Notes: a model not told the origin generated them from the letters alone. 64,000 bases of DNA from a virus (IMGVR_UViG_3300017909_004140:43338-107337); one strand, 5' to 3'. Shown: positions 9,401 through 19,088, counted from the first letter of the stretch. Program-made: numbers and translations.

Positions 9401-9657
9401 CGAGATTTGCCTAACTGTTCTTCTAGTTTGGCAGCTTGCACTCTAGCTTTAGAAAACGAATCAAATTTTGTGGGGTGTTGAACACCGTCTATTTCGTCAC
9501 ACATGAGTCCTATTTCGTCTGATTCAATACTGTGTATTTCTACTAAATAATAAACTTCTGTCATTTTAACTTCTTCTTTTAATTTTTTAAAGTCTACTGT
9601 TTCTGTTTCTATTAAAACATGGATAGATTTAATAGACCAAGTTAGCTCATCAGACAC
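9367..9657 (-). CDS. Hypothetical protein
   Basis: ORF in the minus-strand operon. Confidence 0.55.
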   Translation of the reverse strand: MSDELTWSIKSIHVLIETETVDFKKLKEEVKMTEVYYLVEIHSIESDEIGLMCDEIDGVQHPTKFDSFSKARVQAAKLEEQLGKSRWFTKIISKTE

Positions 9658-9659
9658 GA

Positions 9660-9860
9660 CTATAACGACATTTCTTCTTTTTTACGTTCTAGTCTTTTAA
9701 TTCTAGCTACCGCTTCTTTGTGTTTGATACGTCTTTTTTCGCCTTTAGTAATATGGTATCTTTTTTCTTTTAGCTTTTTAAAAATACCTTCTGTGTTTAA
9801 TTTTCTACTAAGAATTTTGTAGGCTTTTCCCACATCATTATTTCGTACTTTAATATACAT
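9660..9860 (-). CDS. rpsU: Ribosomal protein bS21
   Basis: 66 aa, basic; IKVRNNDVGKAYKILSRKLNTEGIFKKLKEKRYH..KGEKRR matches alphaproteobacterial-type S21. Confidence 0.88.
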   Translation of the reverse strand: MYIKVRNNDVGKAYKILSRKLNTEGIFKKLKEKRYHITKGEKRRIKHKEAVARIKRLERKKEEMSL

Positions 9861-10111
9861 TATAAACCCAATTTTTGTAATGATTCCTTAATTGTTAGTT
9901 TAGACTCCAACTTCTTGTGTAGAGTATCATTTTTGTATACCATTACGCAAGGAAAAAGTGTGATATTTAACTCACTAGCTTTTTCCGACTGATAATCGTA
10001 TATCTCTGACTGTGTAATAGAGGGATGACGTTTTTTAATTTGACTAAATAATCGACTAATGTAGTCAAAATTATGTGGATTTTTATAGAATCCTACTAGT
10101 TTGTAATTCAT
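9860..10111 (-). CDS. Thioredoxin-fold-like small protein without CxxC
   Basis: ASELNITLFPCVMVYKND resembles the thioredoxin cis-Pro strand. Confidence 0.4.
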   Translation of the reverse strand: MNYKLVGFYKNPHNFDYISRLFSQIKKRHPSITQSEIYDYQSEKASELNITLFPCVMVYKNDTLHKKLESKLTIKESLQKLGL

Positions 10112-10195
10112 ATTCGCTCTTGCCTATATGATAAGTTTTTGTTATTATATATTTAATGAGTTTTCTCTCTTTATTTTTAACTCAAATCTTAAATC

Positions 10196-10224
10196 ATTAT
10201 AGTATATTGATAACTAGCTGTCAA
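10196..10224 (-). promoter_or_regulatory. Consensus sigma70 promoter for the bS21/tmRNA operon
   Basis: Minus strand TTGACA-N17-TATAAT. Confidence 0.8.
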
Positions 10225-10307
10225 TAACTTTCTTGATTAAAACAAAAAATACGCTTTTATCGTTGCTAGAAGCTTAAAAACAATATATAATAGGATTATA
10301 AAATAAA

Positions 10308-10499
10308 ATGTCAAAGTATTTAGAAGCAAAAACATACTTCAGAGATTTATCTAATAAAGGTATAGCACAAGCAGATGAATTATTTGAAGAAGCAGAACAA
10401 ATTAGAAGCTCATTGGGAGATATAGCATATGCCCATTTTATTATGAATTGCTATGACGATCTTTTCAATGTTCAATTACCGAATATCAAAAATAATTAG
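10308..10499 (+). CDS. Hypothetical protein
   Basis: ORF downstream of a TTGCTA promoter at ~10262. Confidence 0.55.
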   Translation: MSKYLEAKTYFRDLSNKGIAQADELFEEAEQIRSSLGDIAYAHFIMNCYDDLFNVQLPNIKNN

Positions 10500-10508
10500 A
10501 GTAAATAA

Positions 10509-11642
10509 ATGAGACTAGAAGAAGACCTTAAATTAGACTATAAAGATGTATTAATTCGTCCAAAAAGATCTGTACTTGGTAGTCGTAAAGAGGTAGATCT
10601 AAAAAGAGGATTTACTTTTCGTAACTATAACGGCAGTAAAAAAAATGATAGACACTGGCGCGGTATTCCTTTAATGGCAGCAAATATGGACGGTGTTGGT
10701 ACATTTGAAATGGCAGATACTTTGTCTGAGCATTACATTTTTACCTGTCTGAAAAAAACTTATTCTGTTAGTGATCTCGTTATGTTTTTTGACACCAATA
10801 CTTATTTGCGTACCGAGTATGTTGCGATGAGTATTGGTATCACAGAGAGCGACCATCAAAAGTTTCGTGATGTGTATGAACAAGCTGATACTAGTCTAAA
10901 ATATGTTTGTATTGATGTGGCAAATGGATATAGTCAGAGATTTCTAGACTTTGTTAAGAATTTCAGAAAACTATACCCTAATATTGTAATTATTGCTGGT
11001 AATGTTGTTACAGCAGATCAAACACAGGAGTTAATTTTAAATGGAGCCGATATTGTTAAAGTGGGCATTGGCCCTGGGTCTGTTTGTACTACTAGGATTC
11101 AAACGGGTGTTGGTTATCCTCAGCTTAGTGCTGTTATTGAGTGTGCTGATGCCGCACACGGTCTTGGAGGTCACATCATTGCTGATGGCGGATGTACATG
11201 CCCTGGTGATGTGGCTAAAGCCTTCGCTGGCGGAGCAGATTTTGTAATGCTGGGTGGTATGCTTGCCGGACACGATGAAGGCGGTGGCGAAGTAATTACT
11301 AAAATTTATGAAACTAATGAAGTAACAAAAACTAATGACGGATTCTTTGAATCGGTTTATGAAGAACGTAAGTTTGTACAGTTCTATGGAATGAGTTCTA
11401 AAGCAGCTAATGAAAAGCATTTTGGAGGACTAAAAGAATACAGGTCTTCTGAAGGCAGAGAAGTGCTAATTCCATATAAAGGAGCAGTGTCTAGTACTAT
11501 TCAAAACATATTAGGAGGAATTAGATCTGCTTGCACATATGCTGGAGCTGTTAGGCTAAAGCATTTATCGTTGTGTACTACGTTTGTTCGGTGTACACAA
11601 ACTCATAATTCTGTTTATGAGAGTAGTACTATTGGTGATTAA
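10509..11642 (+). CDS. guaC: GMP reductase
   Basis: [56 protein letters not shown]. Confidence 0.95.
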   Translation: MRLEEDLKLDYKDVLIRPKRSVLGSRKEVDLKRGFTFRNYNGSKKNDRHWRGIPLMAANMDGVGTFEMADTLSEHYIFTCLKKTYSVSDLVMFFDTNTYLRTEYVAMSIGITESDHQKFRDVYEQADTSLKYVCIDVANGYSQRFLDFVKNFRKLYPNIVIIAGNVVTADQTQELILNGADIVKVGIGPGSVCTTRIQTGVGYPQLSAVIECADAAHGLGGHIIADGGCTCPGDVAKAFAGGADFVMLGGMLAGHDEGGGEVITKIYETNEVTKTNDGFFESVYEERKFVQFYGMSSKAANEKHFGGLKEYRSSEGREVLIPYKGAVSSTIQNILGGIRSACTYAGAVRLKHLSLCTTFVRCTQTHNSVYESSTIGD

Positions 11643-11664
11643 CCCATTTATAATAGGAGATAAA

Positions 11665-11940
11665 ATGGTAAAAAGTAAAGGGTTAGTATTTAAAGGTTTT
11701 TATTCTTTCAATGCATTAGTAGAAAATGCACCTTATCTAGTTAAATGGAATGCAAAAGAAGCATTATCCTGGCTAGAAGAGGCACGTATGCTAGTAGAAA
11801 CTGAGATTCAAGAAAAATCATATAACAAAGCAGTAGAACAAGTTAACAATTTTCTTGACTCTTACGAAAAAAAATCTTATTATGATAAAAAAGAAGTTTG
11901 GGGAATCTATCCTTCTGACAGAGCAATTCCTTATTTTTAA
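11665..11940 (+). CDS. Hypothetical protein
   Basis: GGAG RBS before the ATG at 11665. Confidence 0.6.
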   Translation: MVKSKGLVFKGFYSFNALVENAPYLVKWNAKEALSWLEEARMLVETEIQEKSYNKAVEQVNNFLDSYEKKSYYDKKEVWGIYPSDRAIPYF

Positions 11941-11955
11941 TGCGGAGAACTATAA

Positions 11956-12318
11956 ATGATTAATCCTTATGAGTTTGCTTTTAGAAAAGTAAAGAAAATA
12001 GTAAACTATGATGCTACTGAAGACGAGAAACTAGAAGCAGTAGATAAAACTATGGCTATTCTAGCTACCAAGGTTACTAGTAAGAGCTGGTTTTACTCTC
12101 ATCCTTCTTTTAATGATAAATTTTATTCTGATAGAGGAACCTCAAAAACAGGAGATACTCTTAATATGAATAATCCTTGGCATATTTTCTTTACTAATCT
12201 TCTTTTTAATATTAGCTCTATCACTGATGTGAAAAAAGAAATATGGTATCTAGAAAATAGTGTTAATTATAGAGATTGGATTGTAGAGAATGTCCGAAAA
12301 AAGAGAGTCGCATCATAA
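11956..12318 (+). CDS. Hypothetical protein
   Basis: GGAG RBS, operon packing. Confidence 0.6.
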   Translation: MINPYEFAFRKVKKIVNYDATEDEKLEAVDKTMAILATKVTSKSWFYSHPSFNDKFYSDRGTSKTGDTLNMNNPWHIFFTNLLFNISSITDVKKEIWYLENSVNYRDWIVENVRKKRVAS

Positions 12319-12547
12319 TTTTATGATGAGAAAACTTAGAGAAATGTGGTCTACAGAAGAAGAGAACAAACGTTCTCTTCTAGGAGTTAATTTTAGAGGA
12401 GAACCAGAAAGTTTACTAAACTATGAAGTACCTCAATTAAGAGCAAAAATAGGAGAGCTTCGTGCAGAAGTAGAAGCTCTCAAAGCCGATAACGCTGAAC
12501 TAACAAAATGTTATTATGAAGTTTTAAGGAAAATTGACGATGCCTGA
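12290..12547 (+). CDS. Hypothetical coiled-coil protein
   Basis: Heptad-rich C-terminus. Confidence 0.55.
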   Translation: MSEKRESHHNFMMRKLREMWSTEEENKRSLLGVNFRGEPESLLNYEVPQLRAKIGELRAEVEALKADNAELTKCYYEVLRKIDDA

Positions 12548-13400
12548 AGGACCAGAATGCACTATTGTAGCAAAACAACTTCATTCTTTTTCGGCTAATA
12601 AAAAATTAGAGAAAATTGAAATATTAACAGGCAGGTACACTAGAAAATTGCCTGATGGATATGAAGAGTTTTGTAAGAGATTACCAGAAACAGTTGCAGG
12701 AGTTTCTAATAAAGGCAAGTTTATTTATCTTATGACTGATGAAGGCTCTACTATTTTTATCACTTTAGGTATGTCAGGTACTTTTAAGGTTCAAGATAAT
12801 AAATACGCCCGTGTAAAGTTCTCTTTTGATGATAAATCAGAACTTTTCTATTCAGATATGAGAAATTTTGGAACATTAAAGTTTTTCACACCGGATAACG
12901 CAGAGGTTGCTCTAAAGAAAAAACTTTCTGAAATTGGCCCAGACATGCTAAATGATCCATGCCAATCCTCAGAATGGTTAAAAATTTGTCATAGACGGAA
13001 AACAAATTCTATGGTAAAATTCTTAATGAATCAAAAAAATATTTCAGGTGTAGGAAATATTTATAAAAGCGAAGCACTGTTTTTAGCAGGTATTGATCCT
13101 AGAAAAACTATTGGTGCTTGTACTGATGATGAACTGCTAAAACTTTATAATGCAGTTAAGAAAGTACTCAAGACAAGTTTTGAGTCTGGGGGAGCAACTA
13201 TTAGAAATTATAGTGACTTACATAACAATCATGGAAATTACATTCGATTTCCTTCTAACCCTAAAGAAATGTTGGAAGCCAGAAAAGAAGGTAAAGTAAT
13301 GATTTATGGTAGAAAACAGGACATATATGGGAATGATGTAGTTAGACTACGATTAGATGATGATAGAACTACATTTTTTTCTCCTAAAGTACAAAAATGA
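12540..13400 (+). CDS. Fpg/Nei family DNA glycosylase, zincless-finger type
   Basis: N-terminal PEGPE, KGKF, LGMSG, DMRNFG, H2TH motif NQKNISGVGNIYKSEALF; C-terminal RTTFF without the four Cys. Confidence 0.9.
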   Translation: MPEGPECTIVAKQLHSFSANKKLEKIEILTGRYTRKLPDGYEEFCKRLPETVAGVSNKGKFIYLMTDEGSTIFITLGMSGTFKVQDNKYARVKFSFDDKSELFYSDMRNFGTLKFFTPDNAEVALKKKLSEIGPDMLNDPCQSSEWLKICHRRKTNSMVKFLMNQKNISGVGNIYKSEALFLAGIDPRKTIGACTDDELLKLYNAVKKVLKTSFESGGATIRNYSDLHNNHGNYIRFPSNPKEMLEARKEGKVMIYGRKQDIYGNDVVRLRLDDDRTTFFSPKVQK

Positions 13401-13834
13401 ACTATAAAACCCTAAAAAATAAAATTGCAGAAATACTTTTGGATACTCCTGCTGACTTGTATGATGATGAGAAAGGTATGCTATTTCAAACAGATACCTG
13501 GGAACTAGTGCAAGATAGAGAGAATCTAGAAGAAATAGATATCGAAGACGAAGACGAGGAGTTAGATTTAAAAGCAGTAGGCTCTGCTAATTTAATTGTA
13601 GCAAACACTCTTTTTAAAAAAGCTTTAAGTCAAAATGTAAGTATACTTGAAGAGCTAAAAAGAGTTTCGTCTAATAATATTATCTATGAAGCTAAAGAAT
13701 CAGCAGACGAGCTATTCGAGCTAATTATGACTGATTTAGAAAATGAACGAGTAATTAGAAAAAAACCAGAAATTGTCAGACAAGGATTTAAAGTAGTAGG
13801 GGGAACTGATGTCGGAGTCAATAGTCCAGCTTGA
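13397..13834 (+). CDS. Hypothetical acidic protein
   Basis: ORF coupled to its neighbours. Confidence 0.6.
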   Translation: MNYKTLKNKIAEILLDTPADLYDDEKGMLFQTDTWELVQDRENLEEIDIEDEDEELDLKAVGSANLIVANTLFKKALSQNVSILEELKRVSSNNIIYEAKESADELFELIMTDLENERVIRKKPEIVRQGFKVVGGTDVGVNSPA

Positions 13835-14057
13835 TAAAGCTGAAGTAAGAAAAGCTATTAATAACATTGTTGATGTAATGTATGAGATTGAATCAGCTAG
13901 AGAAACCATTAACGAAACTGTTAAGGAGCTTAAAGCTGAATATGGATTGAACCCTTCAGTGGTTAGAGCAGCAGCGTCAGCAATTCATAAAAGAAATAAA
14001 GAAGAGCTTGAAGAGAAAAATCAAGCAGTTCTTGAACTGGTTAGTCTATTTGATTAA
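13809..14057 (+). CDS. Small dsDNA-binding protein (T4 DsbA/GapR-like)
   Basis: 82-aa helical protein; INETVKELKAEYGLNPSVVRAAA pattern. Confidence 0.55.
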   Translation: MSESIVQLDKAEVRKAINNIVDVMYEIESARETINETVKELKAEYGLNPSVVRAAASAIHKRNKEELEEKNQAVLELVSLFD

Positions 14058-14065
14058 CTATATCT

Positions 14066-14182
14066 TGGCATAACCCATGCCTAAAAAGTGGTAGCGTCGG
14101 GGAGAGACCCGAGGTATTGCTTTCCTCAAGCAAATATATAAATAAATAGGCCTGTGACATCTTGTCGCAGAGCCTATTTGCG
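14066..14182 (+). other. Structured intergenic RNA element (hairpins plus possible pseudoknot)
   Basis: GGCAT/ATGCC, TCGGG/CCCGA, GAGG/CCTC with loop TTGCTT complementary to the following AAGCAA, and a long AAATAGGC..CTGTGACA/TGTCGCAG..GCCTATTT stem. Confidence 0.45.
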
Positions 14183-14224
14183 CGTGTGCGTGTTTAACTA
14201 AATAATAATTTTTGCGAGGTAAAA

Positions 14225-14386
14225 ATGCTTAATAAACTAAAAGAACTTATGTCACTTAGTACATACACATACAAAGATGACCTTAAAACTTGGGCACAAT
14301 TAGAATATGGAAAAGACTGGAGATTTGCCTACAATTTTTTGGTAGATAATAACGGAAAACCGCCTAGAAAAGGAGAACACTACTAA
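14225..14386 (+). CDS. 53-aa hypothetical protein (not in ORF track)
   Basis: GAGG RBS; MLNKLKELMSLSTYTYKDDLKTWAQLEYGKDWRFAYNFLVDNNGKPPRKGEHY. Confidence 0.65.
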   Translation: MLNKLKELMSLSTYTYKDDLKTWAQLEYGKDWRFAYNFLVDNNGKPPRKGEHY

Positions 14387-14387
14387 C

Positions 14388-14540
14388 ATGAACAACCTAC
14401 TACAAACACTGAAAAACATTTTTAAACCTAGAAACCATTTACATATGTTAATGATAGAAAAATACTTAGCAGAATCAACAGATTTAGTTGATTTAGAGCA
14501 AAGACAACAACAACTTGCAAGGAAAGGAATTTGGCTATGA
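14388..14540 (+). CDS. 50-aa DUF3563-like protein (not in ORF track)
   Basis: AGGAG RBS; EKYLAESTDLVDLEQRQQQL motif. Confidence 0.6.
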   Translation: MNNLLQTLKNIFKPRNHLHMLMIEKYLAESTDLVDLEQRQQQLARKGIWL

Positions 14541-14737
14541 CTACACTAGTATGGAATACTACATGTGCTTTTTGTGAAGCTGTTGCACACTATTTAAACC
14601 TTTTTATTAAAAAAAGTAACAGCTTTTTCATTTCCGTAGGGTATGCTCGCGCAGCTTCACATTTAGCTGCTCAAGGATATCATAAAGAAGCTAAAGAACT
14701 TATGATGTATAAAAAAGAGGAGATCTCAAAACTATGA
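14537..14737 (+). CDS. Hypothetical small protein
   Basis: ATGA overlap with the previous stop; GYARAASHLAAQGYHKEA. Confidence 0.6.
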   Translation: MTTLVWNTTCAFCEAVAHYLNLFIKKSNSFFISVGYARAASHLAAQGYHKEAKELMMYKKEEISKL

Positions 14738-15162
14738 AAACACTTACCTTTTATTTAGCAGCTTTCAGTTTAGTATTTGCAGTTAGCTCTGCTAACGCAA
14801 TGACAATTGAAATGCTTAATAAAGACGATGCTGGAAACAAGATGGTTTACAGCAAAGAATTGACAAGAGTAGACGTAGGTGAAACAATCACCTGGATTCC
14901 AACTTCAAAAGGTCACAATGTCGAAATGATTGCGGGACCGGATGGAGCTGAACTTCCTAAAAAGTCTAAGAATGGTAAAGAAGTTTCTATGACTTTTGAA
15001 GTGCCAGGCATCTATTACTATTGGTGTACACCACACAAAGGCATGGGCATGATTGGCCTTGTCGTAGTGGGAGATGATACTTCAAATAAAAATGCAATCG
15101 CTAAGGCAAAAGCTTTAGGTAAGTCAAAGAAAAAACTTAAAACACTTTTAGGAGAACTATAA
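14734..15162 (+). CDS. Pseudoazurin (type-1 blue copper protein)
   Basis: Signal peptide; GHNV and YWCTPHKGMGM supply the His/Cys/His/Met ligands. Confidence 0.9.
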   Translation: MKTLTFYLAAFSLVFAVSSANAMTIEMLNKDDAGNKMVYSKELTRVDVGETITWIPTSKGHNVEMIAGPDGAELPKKSKNGKEVSMTFEVPGIYYYWCTPHKGMGMIGLVVVGDDTSNKNAIAKAKALGKSKKKLKTLLGEL

Positions 15163-15199
15163 TGTGGCCGTATACTGAAGAAGAAAATGAACAACTATC

Positions 15200-15227
15200 G
15201 GGGCGCCTATAAAGGCGCCCTTTCTTT
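15200..15227 (+). terminator. Intrinsic terminator
   Basis: GGGCGCCT-ATAA-AGGCGCCC followed by TTTCTTT. Confidence 0.75.
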
Positions 15228-15237
15228 AATAAAATCC

Positions 15238-15266
15238 TTGCTAAAAAAACAAAATTACGGTATACT
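15238..15266 (+). promoter_or_regulatory. Promoter predicted to give a leaderless mRNA
   Basis: TTGCTA-N17-TATACT, then 6 nt, then ATG 15273; no SD sequence. Confidence 0.65.
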
Positions 15267-15272
15267 AACAGT

Positions 15273-15950
15273 ATGATAAATTTACATAAATACGACTACA
15301 AAACAACTATTAAAGCTGAGACGCTTACTACTGGAAGAACCTACTTTACTCCTGATGGAGACTACGCAAGTATAACCACTCTTTTAGGCAAAACTGCTGA
15401 TAAAGCATGGTTACAGGCTTGGATAGATAAAGTAGGTGAAGAAGAAGCTAGACGCGTATCAAAAGAAGCCACTGATAGAGGTACAATTGTACATGAAATA
15501 GCCGAACACTATTTTAACGGAGAAGATGTCACAGAAGAACTAGCAAAGCAAGAGCTTGTTACAGCTCAAATGACTCGTAATCTAATTCGTGCTGTGTCTA
15601 CAGGGATAGAAGAAATTTGGGGTCAAGAAGCTGTATTATGGAGTAAAAAACTAAAATACGCAGGAAGATCAGATATGATTGGAATTTGGAAAGGCAAACC
15701 ATCAATCGTTGATTTTAAAACTTCTCGCCGTAAGAAATATGTGAAACAGATTAAAGACTATTTTTTACAAGGAACTGCCTATGCTTTTGCCCATAATGAA
15801 ATGTATGGGACTAACATTCGTAATTTAGCCATTGTTATTACTGTAGAAAATGGAGAACCACAAATATTTGAATCAAATGCGGTTCATCATTTCCCTGACT
15901 TGAAAAATCGTATCCTTCAATTTCATAAAATGCAAAAAAATAAAAGTTGA
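15273..15950 (+). CDS. PD-(D/E)XK exonuclease (Cas4-like phage exonuclease)
   Basis: SITTLL, RGTIVHEIAE, YAGRSD, IVDFKTS, YFLQGTAY. Confidence 0.85.
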   Translation: MINLHKYDYKTTIKAETLTTGRTYFTPDGDYASITTLLGKTADKAWLQAWIDKVGEEEARRVSKEATDRGTIVHEIAEHYFNGEDVTEELAKQELVTAQMTRNLIRAVSTGIEEIWGQEAVLWSKKLKYAGRSDMIGIWKGKPSIVDFKTSRRKKYVKQIKDYFLQGTAYAFAHNEMYGTNIRNLAIVITVENGEPQIFESNAVHHFPDLKNRILQFHKMQKNKS

Positions 15951-16156
15951 CAAAGATGTGGAAAAAAGGTAAAAATTATATAGACAGAAAATTAGAAACT
16001 TATTTTATGAGTCGTCCAAATTTGACAGAGGCAGATGAGCGATTGATTCGTAGCTTAATCAAAGATCAGATGCGTTATGGCAAACTAACTACTAATAAAT
16101 GGAATCTAGTTAAAAAACTATACGATCAGTATCAAGAAAAAGGAAGATATGGCTAG
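15947..16156 (+). CDS. Hypothetical protein
   Basis: ORF coupled to its neighbours. Confidence 0.5.
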   Translation: MTKMWKKGKNYIDRKLETYFMSRPNLTEADERLIRSLIKDQMRYGKLTTNKWNLVKKLYDQYQEKGRYG

Positions 16157-16499
16157 TGTACTTGAGCACCTACAAACTAAAAAGCTAACTTCGCTTGTAA
16201 CTTTAACTGACACCGCAAAAGAGTATTTAACCACTGTAACCGATTTTGAAGATAAAAAATATGTTCATCTAACAGTTAACGGTGGAGGTTGTTCTGGTTT
16301 TCAGTATAAGTGGACTATGGTAGATGAGGTCGTAGAAGGAACCTTAATTGACAACATTTTAGTCTTAGATCAAATGGCTGAGATGTTTGTTTTAGGATGT
16401 ACAATTGATTATGTAAAGGAATTAGGAGGATCATACCTCAAAGTGATCAATCCTAACGCTACAGCATCATGTGGTTGTGGTGAAAGTTTTGCAGTGTGA
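16149..16499 (+). CDS. iscA: IscA/HesB A-type Fe-S carrier
   Basis: GGGCSGFQY and NPNATASCGCGESF. Confidence 0.92.
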   Translation: MASVLEHLQTKKLTSLVTLTDTAKEYLTTVTDFEDKKYVHLTVNGGGCSGFQYKWTMVDEVVEGTLIDNILVLDQMAEMFVLGCTIDYVKELGGSYLKVINPNATASCGCGESFAV

Positions 16500-17551
16500 C
16501 TACACAAAAATTATCAACAAAAACAATAGATGTTTCTTCTCTTACTTCAGACGATGATGGTAAAAGAGTAACTGTTGACACTAATAATGCATTAGCGTTA
16601 ATCGCAAGTGATAGTCCTTTTTTTGACCTCCCTAAATTTACCTATACAGGGAGTGTTGCAGGCTATACAGCAGGAGGTCGTGCTCCTCCTACTATGTACA
16701 ATACAGTAGACAAATACCCTTTCAGTTCAGATACTAATGCTACTGACGTAGGAGATCTAACAATTGCGCGTAACTACTACGCTGGGCAATCTTCTACTAC
16801 ACATGGATATGAAACTGGGGGACTAACTTCTGGCAGCCAAGAGACGCAAAAATTTCCTTTTTCTTCTGATGAAAACGCTACTGGAAATCTTTTTGATCTA
16901 TCTATAAAACGATATGGAGGAGCAGGCTGTTCTTCTAGCACTCATGGATATCATGCAGGAGGCTACACTGTTCCAGGGCAACCAGTACCCGTAACCCAAC
17001 AAAACATCATTGATAAGTTTCCTTTCTCTTCAGATGAGAATGCAACAGATGTAGGAGATTTAACAGTAGCTAGAGGAGAGGCAGGTGCTGGTTTTTCTTT
17101 TGCCGAAACTGCGTATGCTGCCGGAGGAAGCCCTGCTACTGATGTGATAAATCGTTGGTCAACTGTATCAGATGGAAATGCTACAGACGTCGGAGAACTA
17201 TTGGTCGCAGTCAATGGGGGTTCTGGATCTAGTAGTGGAACTCACGGGTATCACTGTGGAGGAGATGATGGTTCTATTTCGCGTGATGAAATTTCAAAAT
17301 TTTCGTTTACTTCAAACTCTCCTGCTACAGACATAGCAGAGCTAAGTAGAAGCGCAAGTTTTATAGGAGGAGGAACCTCATCTACTACAAACGGTTATAG
17401 TGTCGGAGGACGACCTAGACCAAGTGTTGGAACTGATATTATAGATAAGTTTCCTTTTTCAAGCGATTCTCCTGCATCAGACATAGGAAATCTTACTGTA
17501 GCAAGGATAGAAGTAGCATCTAACCAATCAGGAATAACTCCAATAGCATAA
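16496..17551 (+). CDS. Putative virion repeat protein (beta-propeller-like), paralog 1
   Basis: About six 45-50 aa repeats: GY.AGG...IDKFPFSSD.NATDVGDL. Confidence 0.65.
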   Translation: MTTQKLSTKTIDVSSLTSDDDGKRVTVDTNNALALIASDSPFFDLPKFTYTGSVAGYTAGGRAPPTMYNTVDKYPFSSDTNATDVGDLTIARNYYAGQSSTTHGYETGGLTSGSQETQKFPFSSDENATGNLFDLSIKRYGGAGCSSSTHGYHAGGYTVPGQPVPVTQQNIIDKFPFSSDENATDVGDLTVARGEAGAGFSFAETAYAAGGSPATDVINRWSTVSDGNATDVGELLVAVNGGSGSSSGTHGYHCGGDDGSISRDEISKFSFTSNSPATDIAELSRSASFIGGGTSSTTNGYSVGGRPRPSVGTDIIDKFPFSSDSPASDIGNLTVARIEVASNQSGITPIA

Positions 17552-17562
17552 AAGGTACTTAC

Positions 17563-18729
17563 ATGGCAGAACAAAAAATTCCAATTCATAATATTTCAGC
17601 TCCTGCAAGCGCAGTAGACGGCGATAAAATGGCCGTTGATCACTGGGCAGGAGGAGCCATTAGAATGGCTACTGATACTTTTGATACCCAGCCTTTACCT
17701 GCTATGCAAGGACAATCTATAAGTTATCAAACTTTTGGTGGATCAAATCCTCCTGTTTATCCAACACAAAACGCGCAAATTACCAAATTTCCATTTGCTA
17801 CTCATTCTCCTACGGCTGTAGGGCAAGAACCTACATGGGACTATACAAATCAAAGATGGAGACAAGCACATACAACTGTGAGCGGTAGAGAGTATCTTTA
17901 TAATATCGGAGCGGCTAGACCCATAAGCGCTCCTTACAATTCTAAAGCTGAATTTACTTCTTATCTTCAGTTCTCTAATGACTCAATGGGTACAGGCTCT
18001 AGATGGCCTGGTCACGCAGCAAGATATAGTGCAGGAAGTTCTTCTACAACAAAAGGTTACATATACGGAGGAGACTACTACGAGACTGGTCCTTATACAA
18101 CTGCGTTTCCTCAAAGTGGAACATATGATAAAGTTTCTTCATTTCCTTTTGCTGATGCTACTATCCCTAACACTGATGTAACTGAATTAGGAGCTAGCCT
18201 AACTTACTTGCATGGAACAGGCAATGACGATACAGCTTTTCTGTTTAACGGAACTACTGGTAATCTATTTAGTCCTGGTATTCCGTCAGGATTACCTACA
18301 ACTGTTCGTACAATGCCTTACGCTTCTGAAACTATATCTACTTCTCCCCAATCGATAGAGTATGGATATGCTTTTGGTGCTACTTCTAGTTCTCCAACAC
18401 ATGGATATAGGCAAGGAGGGCAGCTAGGTTCTCCTTCACCTTCTCTAGCCGGACCTGGCAGAACTCAGATAGTAAAATTTGCTTTTACCAATGACACATT
18501 CGGAGCATTTGCTGCCAATTTAGGAACAGCTGTAAAACAAAATGCAGGAACTAGTTCTGGAACAGATGGATATTCTACAGGAGGCCATACAGGTCCTGCT
18601 TTTGCTAACTCTGTTGATCACATTCAAAAATTTCCCTTTGCTGCTGATGCTGACTCAACAGATGTTGGAGAAATATCTACTTGGGGTAATACAGGAAACA
18701 GATACCTACATTCAGCAGGACAAGTTTAA
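17563..18729 (+). CDS. Putative virion repeat protein, paralog 2
   Basis: Same KFPF/TDVGE repeats, more diverged; ends in GQV. Confidence 0.6.
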   Translation: MAEQKIPIHNISAPASAVDGDKMAVDHWAGGAIRMATDTFDTQPLPAMQGQSISYQTFGGSNPPVYPTQNAQITKFPFATHSPTAVGQEPTWDYTNQRWRQAHTTVSGREYLYNIGAARPISAPYNSKAEFTSYLQFSNDSMGTGSRWPGHAARYSAGSSSTTKGYIYGGDYYETGPYTTAFPQSGTYDKVSSFPFADATIPNTDVTELGASLTYLHGTGNDDTAFLFNGTTGNLFSPGIPSGLPTTVRTMPYASETISTSPQSIEYGYAFGATSSSPTHGYRQGGQLGSPSPSLAGPGRTQIVKFAFTNDTFGAFAANLGTAVKQNAGTSSGTDGYSTGGHTGPAFANSVDHIQKFPFAADADSTDVGEISTWGNTGNRYLHSAGQV

Positions 18730-18743
18730 CATAGGAGAATACT

Positions 18744-19088
18744 ATGGCAAAATATGAAAGACTGCCTTCAGGAAAAATTAAATATGCAGGACGCACTTTC
18801 GACGGCTTTAACAAGCCGCGTCGTAGTGACCGGGAAGGTAAAAAAGGAATGGTTCTTGCAAAAGATGGTGACAACATCAAATTAATTCATTTTGGAGATG
18901 CCAATATGGGACATAACTACTCTCCTGAGGCTAGACGCTCTTTTAAGGCTCGTCACGCAAAAAATATTGCAAAAGGCAAGATGAGTGCAGCATACTGGGC
19001 AGATAAAGTATACTGGGCAGGACCTAGCGGCTCTAAAAAGTCTCCTCCAAAATCTCAAAAATACACTAGAGGATTGAACAGAAAGTAA
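18744..19088 (+). CDS. Basic hypothetical phage protein
   Basis: LIHFGD...RRSFKARH...SAAYWA motif; GGAG RBS. Confidence 0.6.
   Translation: MAKYERLPSGKIKYAGRTFDGFNKPRRSDREGKKGMVLAKDGDNIKLIHFGDANMGHNYSPEARRSFKARHAKNIAKGKMSAAYWADKVYWAGPSGSKKSPPKSQKYTRGLNRK

Noticed and set aside
15273-15950. CRISPR-Cas system suggested by the Cas4-like nuclease
   Set aside because: No repeat-spacer array or other cas genes seen in the window; stand-alone nucleases of this type are common in phages
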